64,000 nt of DNA from Phycisphaerales bacterium (GTDB lineage Bacteria > Planctomycetota > Phycisphaerae > SM23-33 > FEN-1343). Below are positions 40,734 through 49,912 of this stretch, one piece after another. Each line of letters begins with the position of its first letter. Positions within the stretch are counted from its first letter, which is position 1. The stretch spans positions 34,958 to 98,957 of the forward strand of contig PMYD01000089.1 of the NCBI GenBank assembly GCA_003171335.1. Reading direction: 5' to 3'. The position numbers and the translations under genes were made by a program. The notes below the pieces were generated by a model. That model saw only the letters and a program-made list of their open reading frames with translations. It was not told the DNA's origin and made no database searches.

Positions 40734-41951
40734 CTAGGTAATCTCCCCGTCGGTGAGGTAGCACGCCGGATCATCACCCCAAATATCGCCGGCGGCCTCA
40801 GCGCGCGCCCGCAGGTTGCCGTTGCACACCTCCAGCCAGCGGCACCGGCCGCAGCGCCCAGCCAGCGGGCGGGGGCGCTGGCGAAGCTGGCAAAGCAGCG
40901 AGCCGGCCGGCACGTCGGTCCAGATGGCGCTGAACGGCCGGCGGCGGATGTTGCCCAGGCTGTGCTGCCGCCAGAACTGGTCGGGGTGAACCTCGCCGTT
41001 CCAGCTCACGCAGCCCAGCCGGCAGCCCGAGGCGTTGCCGCCGGCGGCGCGCAGGAGCGCTAAGGCCTGGGCGGCCAGCGCCGGATTTTCGCGCGCGAGC
41101 CGCATCAGGAGATACGGCCCATCGGCATGGTTATCGACGGTGAGCACCTCAGCGGGTTTGCCCGCGCGATGCAGGGCGGCGGTGCGATCGATGATCAGGT
41201 CAACCGCCGCACGTGTCTGGGCGTGCGACAGGTCCAGGCCCGAAGACGACTCGCCGCCGCGGCCGGCGTGAACGAGGTGGTAGAAGCACACGCGGCCGAT
41301 GTTCTCGCGCTCGACCAGGTCGAATATTCCGCCCAGCTCGGCGACGGTGTGGGCGGTGAGCGTCAGCCGCAGGCCCACTTTGAGCCCGCGCGACCGGCAG
41401 CGGCGAATGCCGTCAATCGCCGCGGCGAAGGCGCCACGGCGGCCGCGGAAGCGGTCGTTCGTATCCGCCAGGCCGTCGAGGCTGACGCCGACGTAATCGA
41501 CGCGAATGGCGGCCAGCCGCTCGGCGGTGGGCTCATCGATGAGCGTACCGTTGGTGGACAGCACGGCCCGCAGGCCGGCCGCACGGGCGTGGGCGATCAA
41601 CTCCAGCGTGTCCGCTCGCGCCAGCGGCTCCCCGCCGGAAAACAGCACCACGGGCACGCCGAAGGCCGCCAGGTCATCCAGCAGCCCGCGGGCCTCCTCG
41701 CCCGTCAGTTCATCGCCGTCGGCCGGCCCGGCGGAGGCGCTGTAGCAGTGGATGCACCGCAGGTTGCACGCCCGCGTGCAGTTGTAGACGACGATAGGCT
41801 TTTGCGCCCGCACAGGTGCGGCGGCATTGCCCGCACTCCCGGCGGCGTTCGATCCGCCCGCCGCATCTCCCGCGGCGGCGGCGGGCCGGCCGTAGCGCAA
41901 GCCATCGGTCGGCTCGGCCCTGCCGCAATACAACCTGGAGATTCCAATCAT
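40734..41951 (-). CDS. Radical SAM/SPASM-domain maturase (AhbD/NirJ/anSME-like)
   Basis: CxxxCxxC in VVYNCTRACNLRCIHCYS, a glycine-rich SAM motif VVLFSGGEPL, and a C-terminal SPASM Cys cluster (CRLGCVSW...CGRCRWLEVCNGNLRA). Strong RBS GGAGG before the ATG at 41951. Confidence 0.75.
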   Translation of the reverse strand: MIGISRLYCGRAEPTDGLRYGRPAAAAGDAAGGSNAAGSAGNAAAPVRAQKPIVVYNCTRACNLRCIHCYSASAGPADGDELTGEEARGLLDDLAAFGVPVVLFSGGEPLARADTLELIAHARAAGLRAVLSTNGTLIDEPTAERLAAIRVDYVGVSLDGLADTNDRFRGRRGAFAAAIDGIRRCRSRGLKVGLRLTLTAHTVAELGGIFDLVERENIGRVCFYHLVHAGRGGESSSGLDLSHAQTRAAVDLIIDRTAALHRAGKPAEVLTVDNHADGPYLLMRLARENPALAAQALALLRAAGGNASGCRLGCVSWNGEVHPDQFWRQHSLGNIRRRPFSAIWTDVPAGSLLCQLRQRPRPLAGRCGRCRWLEVCNGNLRARAEAAGDIWGDDPACYLTDGEIT

Positions 41952-42157
41952 GCCTATCCTCCGCCAATCGTGCATCTTACGCGACCGGCACAGCCGGAAC
42001 AACCGAGCCCGGGTAGCCCATTTGCCGCCTTCACGATTTGGCCGCCCGGGTGTAGAATGACTGTGGAGTTAGTAATTTCGCGTTGCGGAAGGGAGGCCGC
42101 GGCCGGTCGTTTTGGACGAGCGGAAAATGGATTTACCCCGCTCGCCGGCGTGCCGCG

Positions 42158-42547
42158 ATGACCAGACTGTGGTACATCTTCTGGGCCATGCCGCTTTTCT
42201 TTGCCGGCTGCGCCAACCACGCGAACGACTACGTCCTGCAATACCGGCCCGAATTCCTCATCCAGGAGACCGCCACGGCGCGGCCCCCCAGCGCCATCTT
42301 CGACCCGCCCTACCTAGCCGACACCGACGCCTTCGGCCGCGATGAAATCGCCGGCGTGAACCTCAACCACCGCACCGTGCCGCAATCCATCCGCGGCTAC
42401 AACCTGGGCGAAATCGAGAGCTACCAGTACTACTACACCGACTACGGGCCCGGCAACGGCTGCGGCGGCTGCGGCTCTGGTTACGGCTGGGGCGGCGGGC
42501 CTTCCAGTACGCTGTATTACTACCGGGCCGGGACGATGGTGCCGTGA
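42158..42547 (+). CDS. Lipoprotein with C-terminal Tyr/Gly/Cys-rich tail, hypothetical
   Basis: Lipobox MPLFFAGC. C-terminus YQYYYTDYGPGNGCGGCGSGYGWGGGPSSTLYYYRAG. Transcribed divergently from the radical SAM gene. Confidence 0.5.
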   Translation: MTRLWYIFWAMPLFFAGCANHANDYVLQYRPEFLIQETATARPPSAIFDPPYLADTDAFGRDEIAGVNLNHRTVPQSIRGYNLGEIESYQYYYTDYGPGNGCGGCGSGYGWGGGPSSTLYYYRAGTMVP

Positions 42548-42568
42548 GCAGAAGGGCGAGCAATTCCG

Positions 42569-43525
42569 TCAATGGCTATCTTGCCTAAGGGGTTCTCCCA
42601 CGGCTTCTTTCATTGCACGACGCATTCTGTACAAGACAACGGACATGGTTACTCCGACAAAAGGAGGTATCAGGGAGAGGCAAAGTGACAGCCACAAGAA
42701 CGCCCTGCCCCACCGAACTGAGACAACAATCAGTCCCTCAAAGAATTCCAACAATACGCTGAACATGCCGATAGCTACGACCAGCCAACGGCATAACCAA
42801 ATCCATCTGACGTTCATTTGCTTAGACCGCCGCGCTATTCTTTCCAAGCAAACCAAGGCTCCAAAAACTGCAATTGTGGCTAGAATCGCTTCCGGTAAAG
42901 TCCAAGAGGGGGCAATCGCACCTGGCCGGTGTAGACAATCTCTTGACGCATGAACAACCATTGACATTCCCAAGGCAATAGCTGGCCATTTGCGCCACTG
43001 GGGCATGAATAGAGGGCGTTCGGGATCATGCCTCGTCAACAAGACGATTCCGATTAGCAGGCCAATATTCGGAATGAAGTAAGAAACAATCTCAGTGAGC
43101 CGTGCATCCGACTCTATAGATAACAAGCTGCGAAGGACAAAGTCGCCAACGGCTGACGTAGAATCGTAAATTACCAATCCGGCGTAAAGAGCGCTCTCAA
43201 AGATCTCACCAATCAAGCCTGCTGCGAATGCCAACGCCAAAATGGCCAATCCCAAGAGCAGCCTGCGAACATACTTTGGATCGGCCTGGCTCCAGTGCTC
43301 GCTCTTGAGGCTGTCGGCCACGGCGCGGCCACACTCGGGACATCGGCCGTCGGGGCGCAGTCCCCGGAGGTTGTAGCCGCAGGCGACGCAGGCGACATCC
43401 TTGTCGAGGGTGGAGTTGGCGGCATCGGGGCTGGGCGGTCCGGCAGCGCCGGAAGCGCCGGCGGCCTGGCCGGCCGTGCCGGGCTGATCGGGAGGCTGGC
43501 CGGCCTTGGGTGCGGGCTCGCTCAT
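42569..43525 (-). CDS. Polytopic membrane protein with N-terminal CxxCGYxLxGLRxDxRCxxCG zinc-ribbon; chimeric GC composition
   Basis: The N-terminal 90 aa are GC-rich and Ala/Pro/Gly-rich and contain CVACGYNLRGLRPDGRCPECG. The membrane domain (42580-43250) is about 48% GC. The ATG at 43525 overlaps the stop of the upstream small zinc-ribbon gene. Confidence 0.55.
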   Translation of the reverse strand: MSEPAPKAGQPPDQPGTAGQAAGASGAAGPPSPDAANSTLDKDVACVACGYNLRGLRPDGRCPECGRAVADSLKSEHWSQADPKYVRRLLLGLAILALAFAAGLIGEIFESALYAGLVIYDSTSAVGDFVLRSLLSIESDARLTEIVSYFIPNIGLLIGIVLLTRHDPERPLFMPQWRKWPAIALGMSMVVHASRDCLHRPGAIAPSWTLPEAILATIAVFGALVCLERIARRSKQMNVRWIWLCRWLVVAIGMFSVLLEFFEGLIVVSVRWGRAFLWLSLCLSLIPPFVGVTMSVVLYRMRRAMKEAVGEPLRQDSH

Positions 43526-43851
43526 GCCGAGCCCTTCTTCTTCTTTTTGTCCTCGGCGGGGCGGGCCAGTTCGGCGGCCATCTGCGCATCGGCGGCCTGT
43601 GTGAAGAGGCTCGTCGGCGCGGTGTCGCGGACCCAGGTCTGCTCGGCGTAGCGCAGCAGGTTGCCCAGCGGGCTGCGCCCCACGGCCAGGCCGCAGTTGG
43701 CGCACCTTCGGTCGTTGCGCAGGCCCGTCAGCGAGGCCCCGCACGCCAGGCACGCCGGAAGCTCCACCTCGGCCTGGTACGGCCGGAATTTCAGCGCGGC
43801 GGCCGCATCGCGGTCGAAGGGGGGCAAAGGATGGTCACCGTCGCGGATCAT
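43522..43851 (-). CDS. Small soluble zinc-ribbon protein, paralogous to the N-terminus of the downstream membrane protein
   Basis: CLACGASLTGLRNDRRCANCGLAV ... W motif parallels CVACGYNLRGLRPDGRCPECGRAV ... W in the next gene. C-terminal KKKKKG tail. The genes overlap by 4 nt, indicating translational coupling. Confidence 0.5.
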   Translation of the reverse strand: MIRDGDHPLPPFDRDAAAALKFRPYQAEVELPACLACGASLTGLRNDRRCANCGLAVGRSPLGNLLRYAEQTWVRDTAPTSLFTQAADAQMAAELARPAEDKKKKKGSA

Positions 43852-44274
43852 GCCTGTTCTTCATGCCGCCGGTTGCCCGGGCGACTGGCCTCGCGCATCC
43901 ATACGCAGCGGCGAGCCGCCGGATGCCCCTATGATGCGCCCGCGCGGCCGCCAACGGAAGCGCCGAATGGGGTGCGCTCAGCCAGGATTTTTCGGGTCAG
44001 GTGGCATGCTCTCACGGCCGGGGCGGGAGCACCGGACGGGTGAGCATGGGCGGTCCGCAATGCGAACGACGCAGCGCCCAACACGAACGACCATGCCCAC
44101 CCGCCTCGGCCGCCTTTGGCGGCCTTCGACGTGAGGGCATGCCACCTCGGCCATATATTGGCCTTGCCCGCCGAAGCTTTTCCCTTGCGTGCCGGCCGCA
44201 CGAGGCCATAATGACCCGCGCACGTGTCATGGGATGAAGCATTGCGCGGACCTCAAGAAAACGAGGAATCAAGG

Positions 44275-45474
44275 ATGAGACGCGTACTGGCGGCGATACT
44301 GGTCACTTCTTTGGCGGTGGGGCTTGGCGGCTGTCGACACCGAAACACGGGGATGATTCACGAGGGCCTCGGCGAGCCCGACTACGGCCGGCAGTTGGCC
44401 CTCGGGCAGTTGGCGCTGGTGAAGATCACCGATCCCAACGAGATTCCCGACTTTTCCGCCGCCTGGGCCGATCTGTCGGGCCTGCACGAGGCCATCGCCC
44501 GCAGCCTGGATTACCTGGCCAAACCCTCTAGCGCACGCTGCTTCCCGTACGGCGATATCCCTCGCGACAAGGCCGTGGCCAGTCTGCGCGCCTTTGATGC
44601 GCTGATCGCGCAGCGCGTGCCCGCCTCGCAAATCAACCAGGTCATCCGCCAGCAGTTCGACGTGTACACCTCCGTCGGCTGGGATGGCCGCGGCACGGTG
44701 CTGTTCACCGGCTATTACACGCCCATCCTGGAGGCCTCGCCCGTGCAGACGGAGCGGTTCCGCTACCCGCTGTACCGCGCGCCGGCGGGAATCCTCAAGG
44801 ATGAGGAAGGCAACGTCCAGGGCGTGAAGATGGCCGATGGCAGCGTGCAGAAGATGGCCGACCGGGCGGGCCTGGAATCCTCGGGCCAGCTCAAGGGCCT
44901 GGAACTGGTCTGGTTAGCAGACAAATTCGAGGTTTACATCGCCCAAGTCCAGGGCTCGGCCAAGTTGCGCATGCCCGATGGCTCGCTGAAAACCGTTGGC
45001 TACACCGCCAACAACGGCTACGAGTACAAGAGCGTGGGCGAGGCGATGGTGAAGGATGGCAAGGTGGCCGAGAAGGATCTGAGCCTGCAGTGGATGATTC
45101 GCTACTTCCGCGCCCACGGCGATGAGCTGGACCGCTACGTGAAGGCCAACCCGCGCTTCGTCTTCTTCGCCGAGTCGGATGGCCCACCCCGCGGCTGCCT
45201 GAACGAGCCGGTGACCACCTGGCGCACGATCGCCACCGACAAGAGCATCTTCCCCCGGGCCTGCCTGGCGATGGTCCGCACCCGCCGGCCGCAGATGCAG
45301 GGCGCCAGCGTACAGATGACCGCCTTCAACAACTTCGCCTGCGATCAGGATGCCGGCGGCGGCATTCGCGCCCCCGGCCGCTGCGACATCTACATGGGCG
45401 AAGGCGACAGCGCCGCCGACCTGGCCGGAAGAACCAAGGAAGAGGGCAGGCTGTACTACCTCTTCCTGAAGTAA
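44275..45474 (+). CDS. mltA: Membrane-bound lytic murein transglycosylase A (lipoprotein)
   Basis: Lipobox LAVGLGGC. MltA motifs LVWLADKFEVYIAQVQGSAKLRMPDGS...VGYTANNGYEYKSVG and a 3D-domain C-terminus (FACDQDAGGGIRAPGRCDIYMG). RBS GAGGAA. Confidence 0.85.
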   Translation: MRRVLAAILVTSLAVGLGGCRHRNTGMIHEGLGEPDYGRQLALGQLALVKITDPNEIPDFSAAWADLSGLHEAIARSLDYLAKPSSARCFPYGDIPRDKAVASLRAFDALIAQRVPASQINQVIRQQFDVYTSVGWDGRGTVLFTGYYTPILEASPVQTERFRYPLYRAPAGILKDEEGNVQGVKMADGSVQKMADRAGLESSGQLKGLELVWLADKFEVYIAQVQGSAKLRMPDGSLKTVGYTANNGYEYKSVGEAMVKDGKVAEKDLSLQWMIRYFRAHGDELDRYVKANPRFVFFAESDGPPRGCLNEPVTTWRTIATDKSIFPRACLAMVRTRRPQMQGASVQMTAFNNFACDQDAGGGIRAPGRCDIYMGEGDSAADLAGRTKEEGRLYYLFLK

Positions 45475-45480
45475 CCTGAG

Positions 45481-45558
45481 TGTTCTGTCACACATCATGT
45501 GATGGGTGCTGTGGTTTGCGGAGGTCGCTACTGCGACCGAAGCAACCACGCTGGCTGT
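45481..45558. repeat. Left copy of a 78-bp inverted-repeat pair (partner at 49913-49990)
   Basis: TGTTCTGTCACAC.T.A.GTGATGGGT.C.GTGG..TGCG.AGGTCGCTACTGCGACCGAAGCAACCACGCTGG is ~87% identical to the reverse complement of 49913-49990. It contains the hairpin GGTCGCTACTGCGACC. It starts 4 nt after the mltA stop. Confidence 0.7.
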
Positions 45559-45743
45559 TGATCGCCGTCGGCGTGGGGGCATTCGCACGAAGGCACGTGC
45601 CGACTGCTCCGGACTGCTGGTTCTTTTCACAACCCCGGCAGGGGTTGAAACAGCTACGGTCCGATCCTGGTACATAGGTAACACTTTAGTCCAGGCACAT
45701 GGGTGACACTTTTGGTAAATGCGTGGGCAAAAGGAGTTCGCCT

Positions 45744-46300
45744 ATGCCCTGGCAGGAGACATCACCAATGGACGAACGTGTTCAATTTGTGGCTGCGTGT
45801 CAGCAAGGCGAGGGATCGATGGCCGAGCTTTGTCGGTTCTATGGCATTAGAGCAGGTTAACAAATCGTGTAGCGATGTTCTTGCTGGAAATGGCCTAAAA
45901 ACAGTCATTTTTAGGCCTTTCGACCGCTACAAGAAAAGCAAAAGTGCTCTAGTCGCAAGACGGGCTACAAGTGGCTCGGCCGATACGAGCAACAGGGGCC
46001 CGAAGGCCTGCGGGATGCCCGGCGGGCGCCGCGGCATCATCCCAACCAACTGGAAGCGCAGGTGCTGGCCGCGATCTTGAAGCATCGCGATGCGCATCCG
46101 ACCTGGGGGCCCAAGAAGCTGGTCGCATTGCTGGCGGCCCAGCGCCCCTCGTGGGCGGTGCCGGCCCGCAGCACGATCGCGCCGTTCTTAAGCTGCATGG
46201 GCGGGTGGTCGAGCGCAAGCGGCGTCGGCGAGTCCCGCCTCAGACCCAGCCCTTCGCCTCCTGCGAGGGTCCCAACGCGTTATGGTGCTGTGCAACCGGG
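45744..46300 (+). pseudogene. Decayed IS481/IS3-superfamily-like transposase (N-terminal HTH region only; MITE insertion, frameshift, 3' truncation)
   Basis: RBS AAGGAG, then MPWQETSPMDERVQFVAACQQGEGSMAELCRFYGI | ISRKTGYKWLGRYEQQGPEGLRDARRAPRHHPNQLEAQVLAAILKHRDAHPTWGPKKL... The frame shifts near 46180. It ends at ...ASCEGPNALWC, at the start of the DDE/rve domain. Flanked by ~38-bp direct repeats at 45671-45709 and 46300-46339. Confidence 0.65.
45850..45949. mobile_element. 100-bp MITE derived from the adjacent IS630-family element, flanked by TA duplication
   Basis: TIRs GAGCAGGTTAACAAATCGTGTAGCG / CGCTACAAGAAAAGCAAAAGTGCTC match the IS630 TIRs at 46464 and 47463. Removing the element plus one TA restores ...YGISRKTGYKWL... 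in the host transposase ORF. Confidence 0.75.
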
Positions 46301-46463
46301 CACATGGGTAACAGTTTAGTCCAGGCACATGGGTAACACATCTTGCTCCGGTGGCGAAGCTTCCTGGAGCGCAGCGGAAGGAAGCTTCGCCACCGGAGCG
46401 GCGGCCGCCGGGGCATCTCCTGCCGCCCATGTGCGATGGAGGCGGCGCTGCTGAGCCGCACTA

Positions 46464-47463
46464 GAGCACTTTAACTTTTCCTGTAGCGTTGTCCGATAGA
46501 ACTGTGATGGAAAGCTACTCGATGGATTTGCGTAAGCGAGTGGTCGAGGCGTGCGACTGTGAACAACGACGTGGATCCCGAGCACGGATCGGCGCGCAAT
46601 TCGGGGTCTCGACAGCCTGGATACGGCGATTGTTGCAGCGGCGTCGCCAACTGGGCCACTACAGGCCGCTGATGACCAAGCCGGGACGCAAGCCCATCTT
46701 CTTTGGCCGCTCAGCAGAGCAACTGGAGCAGTTGGTTCAGCAGCAGCCCGACGTGACGTTGGCCGAGTTGCGGGATCGCACCGGAGTGAACTGTTCGCTG
46801 GCGGCGATTTGCAAGACGCTGAAGCGCCTGGGCTATCGTCACAAAAAAAGACGCTCCGGGCCGCTGAGCAAGATCGACCGGACATTCAGCGGCAGCGTGA
46901 ACAGTGGCGGGTGAGAACGGCCACCGTTGACCGGTCGCGGTTTGTTTTTATCGATGAAAGCGGGGCCAAGACGAACATGACCCGGCTTCGAGACCGGTGC
47001 AAAGGTGGCAGCCGCGTGCACGACTCGGCGCCGCTGGGGCATTGGGAAACGACGACGATGATCGCGGCGTTGCGGCTGGAGGGTGCGACGGCCCCGATGG
47101 TGATCGAAGGAGCGATGGATGCGGCGGTGTTCCGGGCGTATGTCAAGCACGTGCTGGTGTCGGTATTGCGGCCGGGTCAGATCGTGGTGCTGGACAACTT
47201 ATCCAGTCACAAGGGCGGTGAGATCCGCCAGATGATCCAGGCCGCCGGGTGCGAGTTGTGGATGCTGCCGCCGTATTCGCCCGACTTCAACCCGATCGAG
47301 AAGATGTGGTCGAAAGTCAAAGAGTTCCTGCGTTCGGCCAAGGCACGCTGCACGGAAGAACTGGATCATGCCGTCGGCGCAGGGCTGCATAAGGTCACTT
47401 CGCAGGACGCGACGGGGTGGTTCGAGTCCTGCGAATATCGCTACACGAAAAGTTAAGCTGCTC
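46464..47463 (+). mobile_element. IS630-family (Tc1/mariner superfamily) insertion sequence, about 1.0 kb, with TA target-site duplication
   Basis: TIRs GAGCACTTTAACTTTTCCTGTAGCG (left) and GAGCAGCTTAACTTTTCGTGTAGCG (reverse complement of right). TA on both flanks. Internal orfA/orfB carry DDE motifs. Confidence 0.85.
46507..47456 (+). CDS. IS630-family transposase, orfA-orfB joined by programmed -1 frameshift
   Basis: OrfA (46507-46914) is an HTH region (MESYSMDLRKRVVEACDCEQRRGSRARIGAQFGVSTAWIRRL...). The slippery run ACAAAAAAAGACG lies at about 46843. OrfB (46809-47456) carries the catalytic triad context VFIDESG...VLDNLSSHK...PPYSPDFNPIE. Confidence 0.8.
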
Positions 47464-47743
47464 TAGAACGAGCCTCGCACCAGGAGGCCTCGGCCGGGGT
47501 CTGCCTGAGTCGATCATCGGCGACGGCCAGGTCCGTCAGAACTGCGCGAATGGACTTGTCGGGGTTCAGGGCACGATGGACCATCGACCTGATCGTAACC
47601 GCCGGCGTGAAAATTCTATCTCGCCACGTATGCCCCAGGTGGCGGCAGATCTCGTCGTCGCTCACAAGTTCTTGAAGGGCAGCAACTTGAATGCCGTGCA
47701 GAAATCCTGGATGAGAACCGGCTGACTTGTCGATACCATGCAC
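47453..47743 (-). pseudogene. IS4-family-like transposase N-terminal fragment
   Basis: ...DRIFTPAVTIRSMVHRALNPDKSIRAVLTDLAV... resembles the conserved N-terminal block of IS4/Tn5-like transposases. Only about 95 aa remain, abutting the IS630 right end. Confidence 0.35.
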
Positions 47744-48276
47744 GGCTGGCCTCCTTGCCTGATGAGTGAGGGACTCTATCCACCCTTCTCATCGACAAGG
47801 CAGGCCTTCATTTTTGATGGTTCCTGCCCTTATCCTAATGCCATTAGGAAGATAATCCCGTATAGCGCATCCAGTGGGTCACTCCCGTCAAGGCACACCC
47901 ACCGTCAAATCCACCCCAACGTCAAAGCCATCCCACCGGCATAGCAATTCCGTCAGCAACGCCCCCTGCGCCCTCTCCGCTCTTTCCCCCTCGTGGCCAG
48001 TGGCGAAAACCTGCACAGCCGAGGGCGGCTGTGCCACACAACCCTGCCGCTTCTAGCCCTGCCTCTGTCCTTTTCCGGCCGTTATCCCCTGCATCCCCTG
48101 CATCCCTGCCCTTTTCTTTCTTCGCTTGGGCCCGTTTTCCAATTCCGCGCGGCCGCGACTTTGCTCTTTCCTCTTCTTGCCCGCGCAGAGTAATATGGCG
48201 CATTCGTATTGACGATAATGCACGAGTAAGACTCTTCATGTGAAATCCCGAACACGGTCGTAGTCGAGGAAGTGCA

Positions 48277-49854
48277 ATGAGCGACGAACAGGGCAAGGAC
48301 CTCAACCTGCATCGGTCTGGGCCCGGGCTGGATGCCGACCTGCAGCAGGAAATCAACGAGGCCTTGGGCGGCAAGAGCGTCGAGGAGCTGCTCGAGGCGG
48401 AACAGGCCGCCGCCGGCGGCTCGCGTGGCGAGGCGGGCTCCAACATCCGCCACGGCCGCGTGGCCGCGGTGCACGGCGAGGACATCTTCGTCGACATGGG
48501 CGGCAAGAACCAGGGTCTCATCCAGGTGGCCCAGTTCGCCGAGGGCGAGGTGCCCAAGGTGGGCGACATCATCGAGGTCACCATCAAGGGCGTGGACAAC
48601 CAGGACGGCCTGCTGCTGCTGGCCAGGCCCGGGGCCGTGCAGGAGGCCTCGTGGGAAACGCTGGAGGTGGGCCAGGTGGTCGAGGGCCGCGTCACCGCGC
48701 TCAACACGGGCGGCCTCGAGCTGAACGTCAACAATATCCGCGCCTTCATGCCCATCAGCCAGATCGAACTGTACCGCGTGGAGGACCTCAAGCCGTACAT
48801 CAACACGCGGCTGTCGGGCAAGGTGATGGAGCTGAAGAAAAAGGGCAAGAACAGCTCGGTCGTCATCTCCCGCCGGCAACTGCTGGATGAGGAGATGGCC
48901 AAGATCCGCGAGGAGACGCTGGCCCAGCTCACCGAGGGCAAGACCGTCAAGGGCCTGGTCAAGTCGATCATGCCGTACGGCGCGTTCGTGGACATCGGCG
49001 GCGTGGACGGCCTGCTGCACATCAGCGACATGAGCTGGGCGCGCGTGGAGAACCCCTCCGACATCGTCAAGGAAGGCCAGCAGCTTGAGGTGATGATCCT
49101 GAAGATCAATCCCGAGACCCACAAGATTTCCCTGGGTCTCAAGCAGGTGGCCCCCGACCCGTGGACCGTTGTGGAGACCCGCTACGGGGCCGATTCCATC
49201 GTCAGCGGCCGCGTGACGCGGCTGACCGATTTCGGCGCGTTCGTCGAATTGGAGCCGGGCGTCGAGGGGCTCATCCCGATGAGCGAGTTGTCGTTTGAAC
49301 GGCGGATCAAGCATGCCTCCAGCGTCGTGAAGGAAGGCGACGTGGTGCGGCTGCGCATCCTGTCCGTCGACCTGGAGCGCAAGCGAATCAGCCTGTCGCT
49401 CAAGCGCGTGGGCGATGACCCCTGGACCGGCGCGCTGGCGCGCTGGCCGGTCGACAGCGTGGTCGACGGCATTGTCACGCGGACGACCGACTTTGGGGCG
49501 TTCGTGGAGCTGACGGCGGGCGTCGAGGGCATGGTGCACATCAGCGAGCTTTCCGACAAGCACATCAAGGCCGTCAACCAGGCCGTCAGCGAGGGCCAGA
49601 CCGTGAAGGCCAAGGTGCTGGCGGTGGATGAAGAGCGGCGGCGGATCAGCCTGTCGCTCAAGGCCCTGATCGTGCGAGCAGCACCTGAGCCCACCGCCCA
49701 GCCGGCCAAGACCGCCGCCGGTAGCGCCACACCGGCCGAAGCCGCCAAGGCCGCCGAGGCCGCCAAACGCAAGAAGCCACTCAAGGGCGGTCTGGAATTT
49801 CCGGGCGGCGGCATGAGTCTGGGCAACCTGCTCGGGCAAAAGCCCAGGGAGTAG
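48277..49854 (+). CDS. rpsA: 30S ribosomal protein S1
   Basis: Multiple S1 domains (GQVVEGRVTALNTGGLELNV, GRVTRLTDFGAFVELEPGVEGLIPMSEL, GIVTRTTDFGAFVELTAGVEGMVHISEL). RBS GAGGAAG. Preceded by a ~500-bp pyrimidine-rich, lower-GC leader. Confidence 0.9.
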   Translation: MSDEQGKDLNLHRSGPGLDADLQQEINEALGGKSVEELLEAEQAAAGGSRGEAGSNIRHGRVAAVHGEDIFVDMGGKNQGLIQVAQFAEGEVPKVGDIIEVTIKGVDNQDGLLLLARPGAVQEASWETLEVGQVVEGRVTALNTGGLELNVNNIRAFMPISQIELYRVEDLKPYINTRLSGKVMELKKKGKNSSVVISRRQLLDEEMAKIREETLAQLTEGKTVKGLVKSIMPYGAFVDIGGVDGLLHISDMSWARVENPSDIVKEGQQLEVMILKINPETHKISLGLKQVAPDPWTVVETRYGADSIVSGRVTRLTDFGAFVELEPGVEGLIPMSELSFERRIKHASSVVKEGDVVRLRILSVDLERKRISLSLKRVGDDPWTGALARWPVDSVVDGIVTRTTDFGAFVELTAGVEGMVHISELSDKHIKAVNQAVSEGQTVKAKVLAVDEERRRISLSLKALIVRAAPEPTAQPAKTAAGSATPAEAAKAAEAAKRKKPLKGGLEFPGGGMSLGNLLGQKPRE

Positions 49855-49912
49855 CCTACCTGCGATTGGGTGGAGCGGTTTGCGAAGCGCAGCGCAGCAA
49901 CCACGCGATGTC

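Noticed and set aside
47922-49839. Long minus-strand ORFs (406 and 585 aa) opposite rpsA
   Set aside because: Antisense to an unambiguous S1-domain ribosomal protein gene; Pro/Arg/Ala-rich translations typical of high-GC antisense frames; no RBS.
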